DNA of 36,940 bases from Anaeromyxobacter dehalogenans. Lineage in GTDB: Bacteria; UBP6; JAFGXH01. Below, piece after piece: positions 7,786-17,065 of this stretch; within the stretch, counting starts at the first letter, position 1, and each line of letters opens with the position of its first letter. Both the position numbers and the translations under genes were made by a program. The notes under the pieces were generated by a model. It searched no databases. It saw only the letters and a list, made by a program, of their open reading frames with translations, and was not told the DNA's origin. The stretch is taken from positions 29,360 to 66,299 of the forward strand of contig DYRY01000002.1 in the NCBI GenBank assembly GCA_020718465.1, given 5' to 3'.

Positions 7786-8622
7786 ATGAGAGTTTTCATT
7801 TTAATTTTTCTATTTCCAATTATTTTATTAGGAGCAACAAGCAAAGAACAGCTCTCTCTTGCAAAAAACTACTATCAATTTGGTGATTATAAAAAAACAA
7901 TTGAGATTTTAGAGAAAATAATATTTGATTTAGAGGATGAAAACGATCAAATAAAATCTTATGAGATACTTGGTGCTTGCCACTTTTTTGAAAAAAATTT
8001 GGTTAAAAGTGGGGAAAGTTTTAGGGAGCTTTTAACAATAGATTCTTCTTTTAAGTTGGATGTTTTACTTTATCCACCACCACTTATACAATATTTTGAA
8101 AAAATATCAGAGGAGTTTAAGGAAAAAAATAAGTTAGTAAAAAAAATAGAGCAGGATGACAAAAAAGATGAAAAAAAAAGAGATATTATTGAAGTAACAG
8201 TTAAAGAGATATGGAAAGAGTATGAGGAGAAGATTGTTGAGAGTGAAAAAAATCCATATTTCTCTGTTTTTGTACCATTTGGATATGCACAATTTCGAAA
8301 TGGAGAGTTATCAAAAGGGAATTTTTTTCTAACAGCAGAAACAATACTACTTTCTGTAAATATTATATCATATTGGATGGTTTACTCTTTAAAAGATAGT
8401 AATGGATACTACTCTGGTAGTGATAAAACAAAAGCAGAGGCATATCAATCTGTTCAACTCTACTCTTTAATTGGATTTGTTGCAGTTATTCTATATGGTA
8501 CAATTGATGGTGTTATAAACTATAAACCAATTTTTCAACAAAAAACAGAGTTTAAAAAGGGAAAACCATTTAAAGTTTCATTTTTTAGTAGTGGTTTATT
8601 AGATTTAAAAGTAGAGTTTTGA
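7786..8622 (+). CDS. TPR-like / two-helix membrane protein, paralog B (unplaced family)
   Basis: Signal peptide MRVFILIFLFPIILLGA, a TPR-like helical block, a Lys/Glu-rich coil, then FVPFGYAQFRNGELSKGNFF...ILYGTIDGVINY. It is collinear with the 3466-4296 product. Confidence 0.7.
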   Translation: MRVFILIFLFPIILLGATSKEQLSLAKNYYQFGDYKKTIEILEKIIFDLEDENDQIKSYEILGACHFFEKNLVKSGESFRELLTIDSSFKLDVLLYPPPLIQYFEKISEEFKEKNKLVKKIEQDDKKDEKKRDIIEVTVKEIWKEYEEKIVESEKNPYFSVFVPFGYAQFRNGELSKGNFFLTAETILLSVNIISYWMVYSLKDSNGYYSGSDKTKAEAYQSVQLYSLIGFVAVILYGTIDGVINYKPIFQQKTEFKKGKPFKVSFFSSGLLDLKVEF

Positions 8623-8736
8623 AACAAAAATAAAAATATTTTTGTTGCTATTTAATCTATTTTATTTTTTAAAATGAAAGAGTTTTTTGTTTTTATTTTT
8701 TTAAATTTTAAAATAACATTTTTCAAGGAGGATTTA

Positions 8737-10503
8737 ATGCCCTCATTAAAAGTATATTTAAGTAATTCTGAACAGGTTCTGATATTCTCAATATTCAAAA
8801 GAGTTACAACAATTGGAAATGATATTGATAATGATATCTATATTCCAGATATAACTCTTGAGGATTTACATGCAAATATTGTTTTTGATGGTGACAACTA
8901 CTTTCTTCATACTTTAAATAAAGGATTTGCCTTTTTTAACAAAAAGAAAACGAAAAAACATAAACTTTCAGAGCATGATAAAATAAATATGGGCTCTAGT
9001 GTTGTTGAATTTATTCTTAATGATCAGGAGGTTGTTGATGATTTTGATAAAACTGTTGTTGACCAACATTTATATAAAAAACTTCTTGAGTTAAGTGATA
9101 CAATTTTAGAGACAGAGGATTTTAACACACTTTTAAACAATCTTCTTGATATGCTTTTATCTTTAACACGGGCTGAAAGAGGATATATTTTAATTTTTCA
9201 AAATAGAGAGGTTGTTGCAGCCTCTGCAAGAAATATGAATCAAGAGAATATTGGGAATCCTTTAAAACAGGTTTCTGATTCAATTCTTGAGAAAGCTATT
9301 TCAACAAAAAGACCAGTTATTGTTTCAGATGCTTTTAATGACCAACTATTTTCAACATCAGAATCTGTTATTAATTTAAAATTAAGCTCTGTATTATGTG
9401 CACCTTTAAAATCTGGAACACATTTGATAGGATTAATATACCTTGGAAACAATCAGATATCAAATCTTTTTAATCATGAATCACTTGAAACATTAACAAT
9501 ATTTGCTGCAATGACCTCCTTAATAGTTCAAAATGCTTTTTTACTAAACAAGTTAAATATTGATAGTTCAATCAATAAAGGTGAGATGAGATTTGGTGGA
9601 ATTATAGGTTCATCATCAAAAATGAGAGATGTTTTTAGAAAAATAGAAAAAGTTGCTCCAACAGATATATCAGTTTTGATTCAGGGTGAAACTGGAACAG
9701 GAAAAGAGCTTGTTGCAAAAGAGATTCATGAACGAAGTGATAGGTCTAAAAAAAATTTTATCACAATAAATTGTGCTGCAATTCCAGAAAATTTGATGGA
9801 ATCAGAGTTCTTTGGTCATAAAAAGGGTTCTTTTACTGGAGCAGTAACAGACCAAAAGGGTAAATTTGAGATGGCAGATGGTGGAACAATATTTTTAGAT
9901 GAAATTGGTGAGATGCCCTTAAACCTTCAAGCTAAATTATTACGAGTACTTCAAGAAAGGATGATAACTCCAATTGGTAGTTCTAATCCAATTTATGTCA
10001 ATGTTAGAATTATTGCAGCAACAAATAAAGATTTAGAGTTCGAGGTTCAAAGAGGAACATTTCGAGAGGATTTGCTATATCGTTTGAATGTTATACAGAT
10101 ATCACTACCACCACTTAGAGAGCGTGAGGATGATATCGAGATTTTAGGAAAATTCTTTTTAAGTAAATTCTCCATTGAATATCAAAGAAAAGTTGTTGGT
10201 TTTACACCTGTAGCTCTTGATTTAATGAAACAGTATGAGTGGCCAGGAAATATTCGTGAGTTGGAGAATAGAATAAAAAAAGGGGTTGTTTTATCTGATA
10301 AAATTCATATAACACCAACAGAGTTGGGAATAGAACATGCAGATAAAAATTCTATTCTACCACTTAGTATTGCAAAACAGAATTTTCAAAAAGAGTATAT
10401 TATAAAAGCTCTTAAAAGAAATAGTTGGAATAAATCAAAAACAGCACAAGAGCTTGGAATTGATGCACGAACAATATTTAGGTATCTTGAAAAACCTAAA
10501 TAG
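8737..10503 (+). CDS. Sigma54-dependent transcriptional activator, FHA-GAF-AAA+-HTH(Fis)
   Basis: AAGGAGG lies 6 nt upstream of the ATG at 8737; the track start at 8674 is an unlikely extension. FHA pattern (TTIGNDIDNDIYIPD...LHANIVFDG...INMGSSVVEF). GAF block. Walker A GETGTGKE. GSFTGA sigma54-contact loop. ELENRIKKG. C-terminal HTH NKSKTAQELGIDARTIFRYL. Confidence 0.9.
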   Translation: MPSLKVYLSNSEQVLIFSIFKRVTTIGNDIDNDIYIPDITLEDLHANIVFDGDNYFLHTLNKGFAFFNKKKTKKHKLSEHDKINMGSSVVEFILNDQEVVDDFDKTVVDQHLYKKLLELSDTILETEDFNTLLNNLLDMLLSLTRAERGYILIFQNREVVAASARNMNQENIGNPLKQVSDSILEKAISTKRPVIVSDAFNDQLFSTSESVINLKLSSVLCAPLKSGTHLIGLIYLGNNQISNLFNHESLETLTIFAAMTSLIVQNAFLLNKLNIDSSINKGEMRFGGIIGSSSKMRDVFRKIEKVAPTDISVLIQGETGTGKELVAKEIHERSDRSKKNFITINCAAIPENLMESEFFGHKKGSFTGAVTDQKGKFEMADGGTIFLDEIGEMPLNLQAKLLRVLQERMITPIGSSNPIYVNVRIIAATNKDLEFEVQRGTFREDLLYRLNVIQISLPPLREREDDIEILGKFFLSKFSIEYQRKVVGFTPVALDLMKQYEWPGNIRELENRIKKGVVLSDKIHITPTELGIEHADKNSILPLSIAKQNFQKEYIIKALKRNSWNKSKTAQELGIDARTIFRYLEKPK

Positions 10504-10635
10504 TATTTAAATAAAATTATTTATTCTGTTTAATATTTTTGTTTTTAAACTAAAAATTGTAATATTGTATTTTGTTTGAATCTCTAAAAATAGGTCATAA
10601 ATGTCTCTATTTTGGATTAATTATTTTGGAATTTT

Positions 10636-11169
10636 ATGAAAAACCCTTTTAAAAAGAGCATTCTAATATTGGAAGCTAATTTGCTTACTCTTTTGAGAAC
10701 CACTTTTTTAGGGGTTATTATGTTGCTATATTCATGTTTGCCAGAAGATTTAAATGAGCCTCCATTTTTAAGTGACAATATTGCTCCAATAATCACATAT
10801 TCTAATCCTATTGCTTGGGAAGATATAGGTAATGATACAAATGAGATTACAATAAAAGTTAAAGATTTAAACTCTCAAGATATATTAACTGCTTTATGGT
10901 TTATAAAACCAATTAGTAAAGATGAAAAAGTTGCAGCATCACAAACATCAATAAAATCAGCAAAACAGGAGAACACATTTTCATTCAATATTAATTATGA
11001 AAATGTAGAGTGTGGGAATTACTATATTGTTAGAGTATTAATTTCTGATCGAGGGGCAACAGAGTTTGGTGATGTTCCTGGTGAAAAAGAGCAACTTGAG
11101 AATCCAAATAGTACAGATGAGGTACAAACTGCAACTTCTGGTTGGTATCTTTTTAAAAATTGTAAATAA
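10636..11169 (+). CDS. Hypothetical lipoprotein
   Basis: The ORF has a possible lipobox (LLYSC), but the signal peptide is atypical and the RBS is weak. No recognisable domain. Confidence 0.45.
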   Translation: MKNPFKKSILILEANLLTLLRTTFLGVIMLLYSCLPEDLNEPPFLSDNIAPIITYSNPIAWEDIGNDTNEITIKVKDLNSQDILTALWFIKPISKDEKVAASQTSIKSAKQENTFSFNINYENVECGNYYIVRVLISDRGATEFGDVPGEKEQLENPNSTDEVQTATSGWYLFKNCK

Positions 11170-11183
11170 AAAAGGATATTAAA

Positions 11184-12869
11184 ATGAGGTTTTATAGATT
11201 TTTTACTATATTATTACTAATAATTCTAACATCTTGTGGGGATGATGAATCATTTTGGATTCCAATAGATAAAGAGTGTATTTATGATAATGATTGTAAA
11301 AATGAGATGAGATGTTTAGCAAATATATGTGTATCAAATAATATTAATGACTCTGAAACAAAATTCTCAATAAGAATAGCTCCTCAAAACTCATCATCAA
11401 TGAACTATTACTATCTCCCACTAAAAACTGATATTTTAACAATTGAGGAGCTTGAGAACTCAAAAAATGAGATATTTAAAGTACAAACAGTTCCTAAAAC
11501 AGAGATAATAGGATTAATCACCAATAGTCATAATGTAAAAATAAGCTATCAAATCTCTGCTCAAAGTGAGAAAAATTCATCTTTAATTTTTACAACTCGC
11601 TCTTATGAAGAGGATGGAAAAACTTACTATAGATTTAATATCCCAATTGATTCCTATAAAATAACTGTTTACCCTGAAAAAATATATCCTCCATATAGTT
11701 TTACTGTAGTAAATCTTGAGGCATCATCAATTTTTAATGCTCCAATACAGCTTGATCAAAGTTATTTTGATTCAAATGGATATAAAAAAATTTATGGAAT
11801 TTTAGAATACTATTTAGGAGAACAGAAAAACTACCTTAATGATGCAAGTATATATGCCTTTACCATTGATAATAATGGTAAAGAGAATCTAATATCAAAT
11901 AAAACCTCATCTTGTAATTCTGAAGTTGACTCTAATTGTAAAAAAAATGGATATTTCTCTCTTTTAATACCCAATAATATTAAAACTCTTTACCTAAAAA
12001 TAACATCAGCAACACTTCCTCAAACAACTTTTATAAACAATATTGAACTACAAAGTGAAAATATTGGAACCATAAATATTGGTAACTTTATACCATATCA
12101 AGATGTTTCACTCTCTTTTAGTGGAGATTGTGGAAATTTAGAGGGTATAAAAATTGATATTATGGGAATTATTGGTAATAATGGTGTTTTTAGAGATACT
12201 TTCTATACAACTTGTAAAAATTGTAAAAAAGATTCCAATTCTGGAATAACTAAAATAGAATCAGATCATCATAGTTTAAAACTCATGAGTGGAAAATATT
12301 TTATAAATGCCAAAACATCAAGTGCTTCATGCTACTCATCTGCATCATTTGAGATAGATATTGATTCATTTAGTAAAGAGTTTAAATTTAATTTAGAAAA
12401 TAAAGGGGAATATAAAGGAGTTGTTTTAAATCATCTTGATATTAGATCTCCGCACTCCTCTATTATATTTCAAAAACAGAATTTTTTAGGATTAAGCAGT
12501 GATACAGAGGTATTAACTGATTCTAATGGTGATTTTAATGTTATGTTAGAGGAGGGAATTTATAATATTCTTATAAAATCATCAGAACAACAGGATAATA
12601 GTGCAACAACAACACTATTTTCTCAAAATTTTAATAAATATTCACAAACAAATTTAACATTTAAACTATCAGAAGGATATAAAACTCTTCTATCTTTATC
12701 AGATATAAATCTAAATCCAATTAGCTCTGCGGTTGTTTCACTTTATTTAGAGAACCTTCCATCATTTTTTAACAATAGCAATCAGAATAGTTATCTTATT
12801 GAACAGACAATAACAGATGGAAATGGTTTTTTTTCGCTCAAAATTCCACTATTAAAAGAGATTAAGTAG
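11184..12869 (+). CDS. Lipoprotein with one 4-Cys module and carboxypeptidase-regulatory-like beta-sandwich repeats
   Basis: AAGGA RBS and lipobox ILTSCG. Module CIYDNDCKNEMRCLANIC. Repeated patterns typical of CarboxypepD_reg-like folds (DSNGDFNVMLEEGIYNILI, TDGNGFFSLKIP). Confidence 0.6.
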   Translation: MRFYRFFTILLLIILTSCGDDESFWIPIDKECIYDNDCKNEMRCLANICVSNNINDSETKFSIRIAPQNSSSMNYYYLPLKTDILTIEELENSKNEIFKVQTVPKTEIIGLITNSHNVKISYQISAQSEKNSSLIFTTRSYEEDGKTYYRFNIPIDSYKITVYPEKIYPPYSFTVVNLEASSIFNAPIQLDQSYFDSNGYKKIYGILEYYLGEQKNYLNDASIYAFTIDNNGKENLISNKTSSCNSEVDSNCKKNGYFSLLIPNNIKTLYLKITSATLPQTTFINNIELQSENIGTINIGNFIPYQDVSLSFSGDCGNLEGIKIDIMGIIGNNGVFRDTFYTTCKNCKKDSNSGITKIESDHHSLKLMSGKYFINAKTSSASCYSSASFEIDIDSFSKEFKFNLENKGEYKGVVLNHLDIRSPHSSIIFQKQNFLGLSSDTEVLTDSNGDFNVMLEEGIYNILIKSSEQQDNSATTTLFSQNFNKYSQTNLTFKLSEGYKTLLSLSDINLNPISSAVVSLYLENLPSFFNNSNQNSYLIEQTITDGNGFFSLKIPLLKEIK

Positions 12870-12946
12870 ATAAAATTTTATAATCAATTTGATATTAATC
12901 AATAAAATATGTAAAATAGAACTCTTAAAGCTTTTTGGGAGGTTGA

Positions 12947-14320
12947 ATGGGGATTTTTGAGATTGCTATTATTGTAGTAACAGTGATTGTTGTTTTTTTT
13001 CTTTTACAAAAAAAACCTACAGAGAATTCCGAAAGAGTTGTAACAATAAACGAACCTAAAAGTAGAAGAAATAGAATTAAAAAAAGTGAGATTTTTGTAA
13101 TAAAAGAGATTTTTAACTTTAAAAAAGTGGTTAAAACCCCCAGAGTTATAGCTTTTATTGAATTTCAATATGATAGAGGTGAAGACAGAAATCCTGAAAA
13201 AGTTATATTTACAACATTAGAAAGTACTCTAAAATCTATTTTAAAAGATGTTGATATTATGAAACTAATATTTTCAACAAAAGATCTAAAAAATTACTCT
13301 TATGATTTAGCAGAAAAAACAAAAAAAATGTTAAACTCCTTTTTACCACAACATATTATCATCTCCTCTATTATTCTTGAGATACTAAATCCTATTGAGA
13401 AACCTAAAAGTGAAAAATGGTTTGCTATTAAAAGAAATTTAGAGTTACCAAAAAGAAACACAAATTATGAGATGATATGTAGTTTTGAAGAGTTAGATCC
13501 CTCTTATATTGAAAGGCTTTCTTTTATTATTTTACAAAATTATACAGAAAAAATGTTAAAACAGTTTGATGAGAGAGAGTTTATAACAAAAACAGGTCAA
13601 AACATTAATCTTGATTATAAAAATGACACAATCAATAATATTAGTGATAGTAATCAAATTAATGAATTTTCAAATTCAATAATAAATCATAATGATTTTT
13701 CAAATAGTAGTGAGTTTGAGATTACAATAGAGCAAGTTAGATCTCTTTTTATGGGAGAACCATTTAATATTATTGAGTTTCATTGGAATTCAAAACTTAT
13801 TGTATCATCAAAAACTATTTTAGATAAACTTGATGGATTAGATTTTGATATTACAGAGGAGACTCAAGACTATGTTAGTGGGGGTAGAGGAGGTGGACAT
13901 TTTGTAAAAAACACTATTTGTGATTTTCAAAAACTCAATGAACTTTTATATAGAGTAAAATTTTTAATTGAAAATGAACCAAATATAGAGAAAAAAAAGC
14001 TTATATTAGATAAATTTGAATCAAAAATGATTTTGGAATCTAGAGATCCATCTGTATTGAATAACTCCCTTATATTTATTGAGGATTTGAAAAGTAAACT
14101 TTTTATCTCAAATCAAACAGAATCAAAAAATAGAGACTCTAATACTAATAATAACACTAAAAATTCAATGAATAGTGGTTATCAATTTATAAATAACTCT
14201 AAAAGCAGTGAAAATGATGTTTTTGATAATAATTATAATGATGATTTAAATGATTTTGATAACAAAAAAAAGGGACTTTTTAATGACTCTTTTGATTTAA
14301 AAGTTGATAAATTTGATTAA
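12947..14320 (+). CDS. Single-pass membrane protein, weak FliL-like N-terminal pattern, Asn-rich C-terminal half
   Basis: GGGAGG RBS. N-terminal TM helix IFEIAIIVVTVIVVFFLL. The rest is low-complexity N/S/D-rich. The function is unknown. Confidence 0.55.
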   Translation: MGIFEIAIIVVTVIVVFFLLQKKPTENSERVVTINEPKSRRNRIKKSEIFVIKEIFNFKKVVKTPRVIAFIEFQYDRGEDRNPEKVIFTTLESTLKSILKDVDIMKLIFSTKDLKNYSYDLAEKTKKMLNSFLPQHIIISSIILEILNPIEKPKSEKWFAIKRNLELPKRNTNYEMICSFEELDPSYIERLSFIILQNYTEKMLKQFDEREFITKTGQNINLDYKNDTINNISDSNQINEFSNSIINHNDFSNSSEFEITIEQVRSLFMGEPFNIIEFHWNSKLIVSSKTILDKLDGLDFDITEETQDYVSGGRGGGHFVKNTICDFQKLNELLYRVKFLIENEPNIEKKKLILDKFESKMILESRDPSVLNNSLIFIEDLKSKLFISNQTESKNRDSNTNNNTKNSMNSGYQFINNSKSSENDVFDNNYNDDLNDFDNKKKGLFNDSFDLKVDKFD

Positions 14321-14495
14321 AAACGATTATTACAGATGTTTGTTTTTTATATAAGAGTCATTATATTTAAAAACAACTGTTTTGACTATTTTTCTTTTAT
14401 TATTATATTATAACTCTTTTATTATTGTTTTTCTTTTTATAAAAAATCTACCTAAATAATTAGAGTAGAGTATATTTTATATTTTTGGAGTGATT

Positions 14496-15839
14496 ATGAG
14501 AGCTTTTTTTACAATTATATTTTTTATCTCCATTTTGATTGGTTGTAACTCATCTATTAAAGTTGAAAAAAATAGTGAGCTTTATATTGCTCAACTTGAT
14601 GATTTTTTTGAAAAAGAGAGCTGGAAAGAGATCCTATATCTTTTAGAGAATCATCCAGAAGATATTTCATTAGAGTATTATCGCTACTTGGTTCAATTTA
14701 ATTTTAAAAATAAAACATTAGGAACACTAAAAGATAAATATCTAAAAAAAGAGAACTCCATTGAAAAATATTATGTTCTTGCAATGATATCTTATTTAGA
14801 GGGAGTTTATAGTTATGAAAAAAGTGATTTTTTTATAAAAGAGGGATTCAAACTAGTTGATGAAAACCACTTAAAACCTGATTTTAGTGAATACTATTTT
14901 CTTTCCTCTATGGTTTTTGATGCAATGGAGAGACATAAAGAGGCTTTAGATATTCTTGAAAAAGCAGAAAAACTAAAAAGTTTAGGAAAATATAAACTTT
15001 TTAGAGCAAATATTTTAATGAAACAATCAGATTATAGTGGTGCCCAAATATCACTTAATGAGGCATTTCCACTTCTTGAAAAACAGAAAGATATACAAAA
15101 GGGAAATCAGATGATTCAGTCCCTATTTTTAAAAAGAAAGAATCTTCCAGAAGAGCTTAAATTGGCTCATTTAAAGTGGATTTGGGGGCTTGAAACTGGT
15201 AAAAATATCTATCCAATTCTAAAAAATGCTCTAAAAGCTAAAGATAGTTATCCTGGAGTTTCAGAGATTTATAGTGTTATTGGTTTTGCCTACTATCTTA
15301 TGGATAATAAAACAGATGCTTTTATATATTTAGAGAAAGCAATTGCTCTTGATCCTTCAGATTATATTAACTATTTTCATTTAGGAGTTCTTTACTACTA
15401 TCTTCAACAATCTAATGAGTCCTATAACTACTTTAAAAAAGCATTGGATTTGAATAGATATCATTCATTAACTTACTCCTATCTATCAAAAATTGATACA
15501 TCATTGGGAAGTTATGATAGTGCAATTTCTTATAAAGAGAGTGAGATTAAAATTCAACCATCACTTGAAATATTTTTAGAGCTTGAGATGTTGTTTCAAA
15601 AAGGGAGAGATACATTTCAGAGGCGTGAACTTCTTGAAAAAATTATTTTACTCTATCCTGAAACTCCAGAACCATATGAGAGAATGACATCTCTTTATGA
15701 GGAGATTTTTTATAATGAGGTTAATCCAGAGTTAAGAAAAAAATGGAAAGAGAAAATAGCAGAGTATCAAATTATTTTTAAAGAGAAAGAGTCTGAAAAA
15801 ATAGAGAAAGAGATGGTAAGAACAGAGACAACTGAATAA
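14496..15839 (+). CDS. TPR-repeat lipoprotein
   Basis: GGAG lies 5 nt upstream of the ATG at 14496; the track start at 14490 is a GTG. Lipobox ILIGCN. There are multiple TPR-like units (e.g. AFIYLEKAIALDPSDYINYFHLGVLYYYLQQSNESYNYFKKALDLN). Confidence 0.7.
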   Translation: MRAFFTIIFFISILIGCNSSIKVEKNSELYIAQLDDFFEKESWKEILYLLENHPEDISLEYYRYLVQFNFKNKTLGTLKDKYLKKENSIEKYYVLAMISYLEGVYSYEKSDFFIKEGFKLVDENHLKPDFSEYYFLSSMVFDAMERHKEALDILEKAEKLKSLGKYKLFRANILMKQSDYSGAQISLNEAFPLLEKQKDIQKGNQMIQSLFLKRKNLPEELKLAHLKWIWGLETGKNIYPILKNALKAKDSYPGVSEIYSVIGFAYYLMDNKTDAFIYLEKAIALDPSDYINYFHLGVLYYYLQQSNESYNYFKKALDLNRYHSLTYSYLSKIDTSLGSYDSAISYKESEIKIQPSLEIFLELEMLFQKGRDTFQRRELLEKIILLYPETPEPYERMTSLYEEIFYNEVNPELRKKWKEKIAEYQIIFKEKESEKIEKEMVRTETTE

Positions 15840-15860
15840 AGATATAAAACTTTATTCACT

Positions 15861-15932
15861 AATAAAAATCTGTTCTTTTAATAAAGAAAAAAATCTTTAC
15901 TTTTTTTAATAAAGAAAAAATCTGTTATTTTT
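15861..15932. repeat. Three degenerate direct repeats AATAAA(GA)AAAAATCT(G/T)T..TTTT upstream of the TonB-like gene
   Basis: Copies at 15861-15879, 15880-15907 and 15908-15932, read directly from the sequence. Confidence 0.6.
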
Positions 15933-15945
15933 ATCAAAAGATATT

Positions 15946-17013
15946 ATGAAACCAAAAGTACATTTTTATATAGTTAGTGTTTTAATACATCTTTTGATGT
16001 TAACTCTCTTCATTGACTACAAATCAGAATCAAATATTGATAAAAATAGAAAAAAAATAAGATCTATTATTTTGAAAAAAGATATTGCTAAAAATAGGAG
16101 TGAAGAGAATAAAGAGAAAAAAAAAGAGGATGATGTTTTAAAAAAAGATGTTGTTGATATCGCAAAACCAATAAATCCTATAAAACCTGATGATCCAAAA
16201 TATCTGGCTAAATATGATTCAAAAGTGAAAAAACAGACAAAAGTAGAAAAAACCAATCCACAAAAAAATGAGTTATCAGAAACCCACCCCCAAAAGGTAA
16301 GTTTAAAAAATAAAGTTAATTTAAAAGATGAAAAAACTCCCTCCCAAAATGGGGCTTTAACAAATTCAGAAAAAATAGCTGATAATAAAAAAATGGATGA
16401 AATTAAGAAAAAAATGGATGAACTTGGAGTAAAAGAGATTGTTTCAAAAAAAGAAAATAAAGAAAATATGAAAAATATTAATGATAATATTAAAAATATA
16501 GATAATTCATCTCAAGTGAAAAATTTTGATAGTTCTAATAATAATTTAGTTAATAATCCACTCCGTTTTTCCGATTTAGAGTTCTCTAAAATGATAAAAG
16601 GTTCAAATGATTTTTTAAAAGATGTTGAAGATGGAGATATCACCTCTCTTGATACACTAGCCTATGAGTACTCTGATTACTTTTTAAAAATGAAATCCCA
16701 ACTTTCAAAAGAGTGGAATCCCTCAAGAATTTATCAAATCCATGATCCATATAGAAAAATCTATGGTGTTAAAGATAGATATACTATTTTAAAAGTAACA
16801 ATTAATAAAGATGGAAACCTTGACCATTTATCAATTCGACAAAGCTCTGGACTCCCTTTTCTTGATAAAGAGGCAATGAGAGCTTTTGAAAAAGCTCAAC
16901 CATTTAAAGTTGTTCCTCAACCTCTTGTTGCAAAAACAGGAAATTTTACAATTCTTTTTGGTTTTTATGTTGATAATCCTGATTCACCTCAAATTTTTTA
17001 TATAAATAGATAG
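15946..17013 (+). CDS. TonB-family single-pass protein (TonB C-terminal domain), Lys/Asn-rich linker
   Basis: N-terminal TM VHFYIVSVLIHLLMLTLFI. C-terminal pattern YSDYFLKMKSQLSKEWNP...YTILKVTINKDGNLDHLSIRQSSGLPFLDKEAMRAFEKAQPF. No exbB/exbD is adjacent. Confidence 0.7.
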   Translation: MKPKVHFYIVSVLIHLLMLTLFIDYKSESNIDKNRKKIRSIILKKDIAKNRSEENKEKKKEDDVLKKDVVDIAKPINPIKPDDPKYLAKYDSKVKKQTKVEKTNPQKNELSETHPQKVSLKNKVNLKDEKTPSQNGALTNSEKIADNKKMDEIKKKMDELGVKEIVSKKENKENMKNINDNIKNIDNSSQVKNFDSSNNNLVNNPLRFSDLEFSKMIKGSNDFLKDVEDGDITSLDTLAYEYSDYFLKMKSQLSKEWNPSRIYQIHDPYRKIYGVKDRYTILKVTINKDGNLDHLSIRQSSGLPFLDKEAMRAFEKAQPFKVVPQPLVAKTGNFTILFGFYVDNPDSPQIFYINR

Positions 17014-17065
17014 AAAAATAACAACTACAAATCTTTTATATAAATAGATAGAAAAATAACAACTA
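16996..17065. repeat. 38-bp-period tandem duplication spanning the TonB-like stop codon
   Basis: TTTTATATAAATAGATAGAAAAATAACAACTA occurs at 16996-17027 and again, perfectly, at 17034-17065. Confidence 0.85.

Noticed and set aside
8171-8179. A9/T9 homopolymer tracts inside coding regions (8171-8179, 16117-16125, 19742-19750) as phase-variation switches.
   Set aside because: They encode Lys-rich linkers (AAA codons), which are pervasive in this genome. There is no evidence of frame disruption or a contingency-locus context.
8620-8622. Alternative genetic code (TGA as Trp, code 4), considered because of the extreme AT richness.
   Set aside because: TGA terminates well-supported genes at 8620-8622 and 24381-24383, the latter in an ATGA start/stop overlap. 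Trp is encoded by TGG in conserved motifs. Long ORFs are intact under code 11.
8674-8736. N-terminal extensions in the ORF track, several starting at TTG or GTG: 4350, 6222, 8674, 14490, 22632, 25880, 30369, 36647.
   Set aside because: In each case an internal ATG has a better Shine-Dalgarno sequence, removes an overlap with the neighbouring gene, or matches the expected family N-terminus or signal peptide. The extensions add implausible residues. Exact starts remain unverified.
10504-10635. A sigma54 -24/-12 promoter downstream of the activator gene; also checked in 7510-7785, 11170-11183, 12870-12946 and 14321-14495.
   Set aside because: No TGGCA-N6..7-TTGC-like element is visible on either strand in these spacers. 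This was a by-eye scan only, so a degenerate site cannot be excluded.
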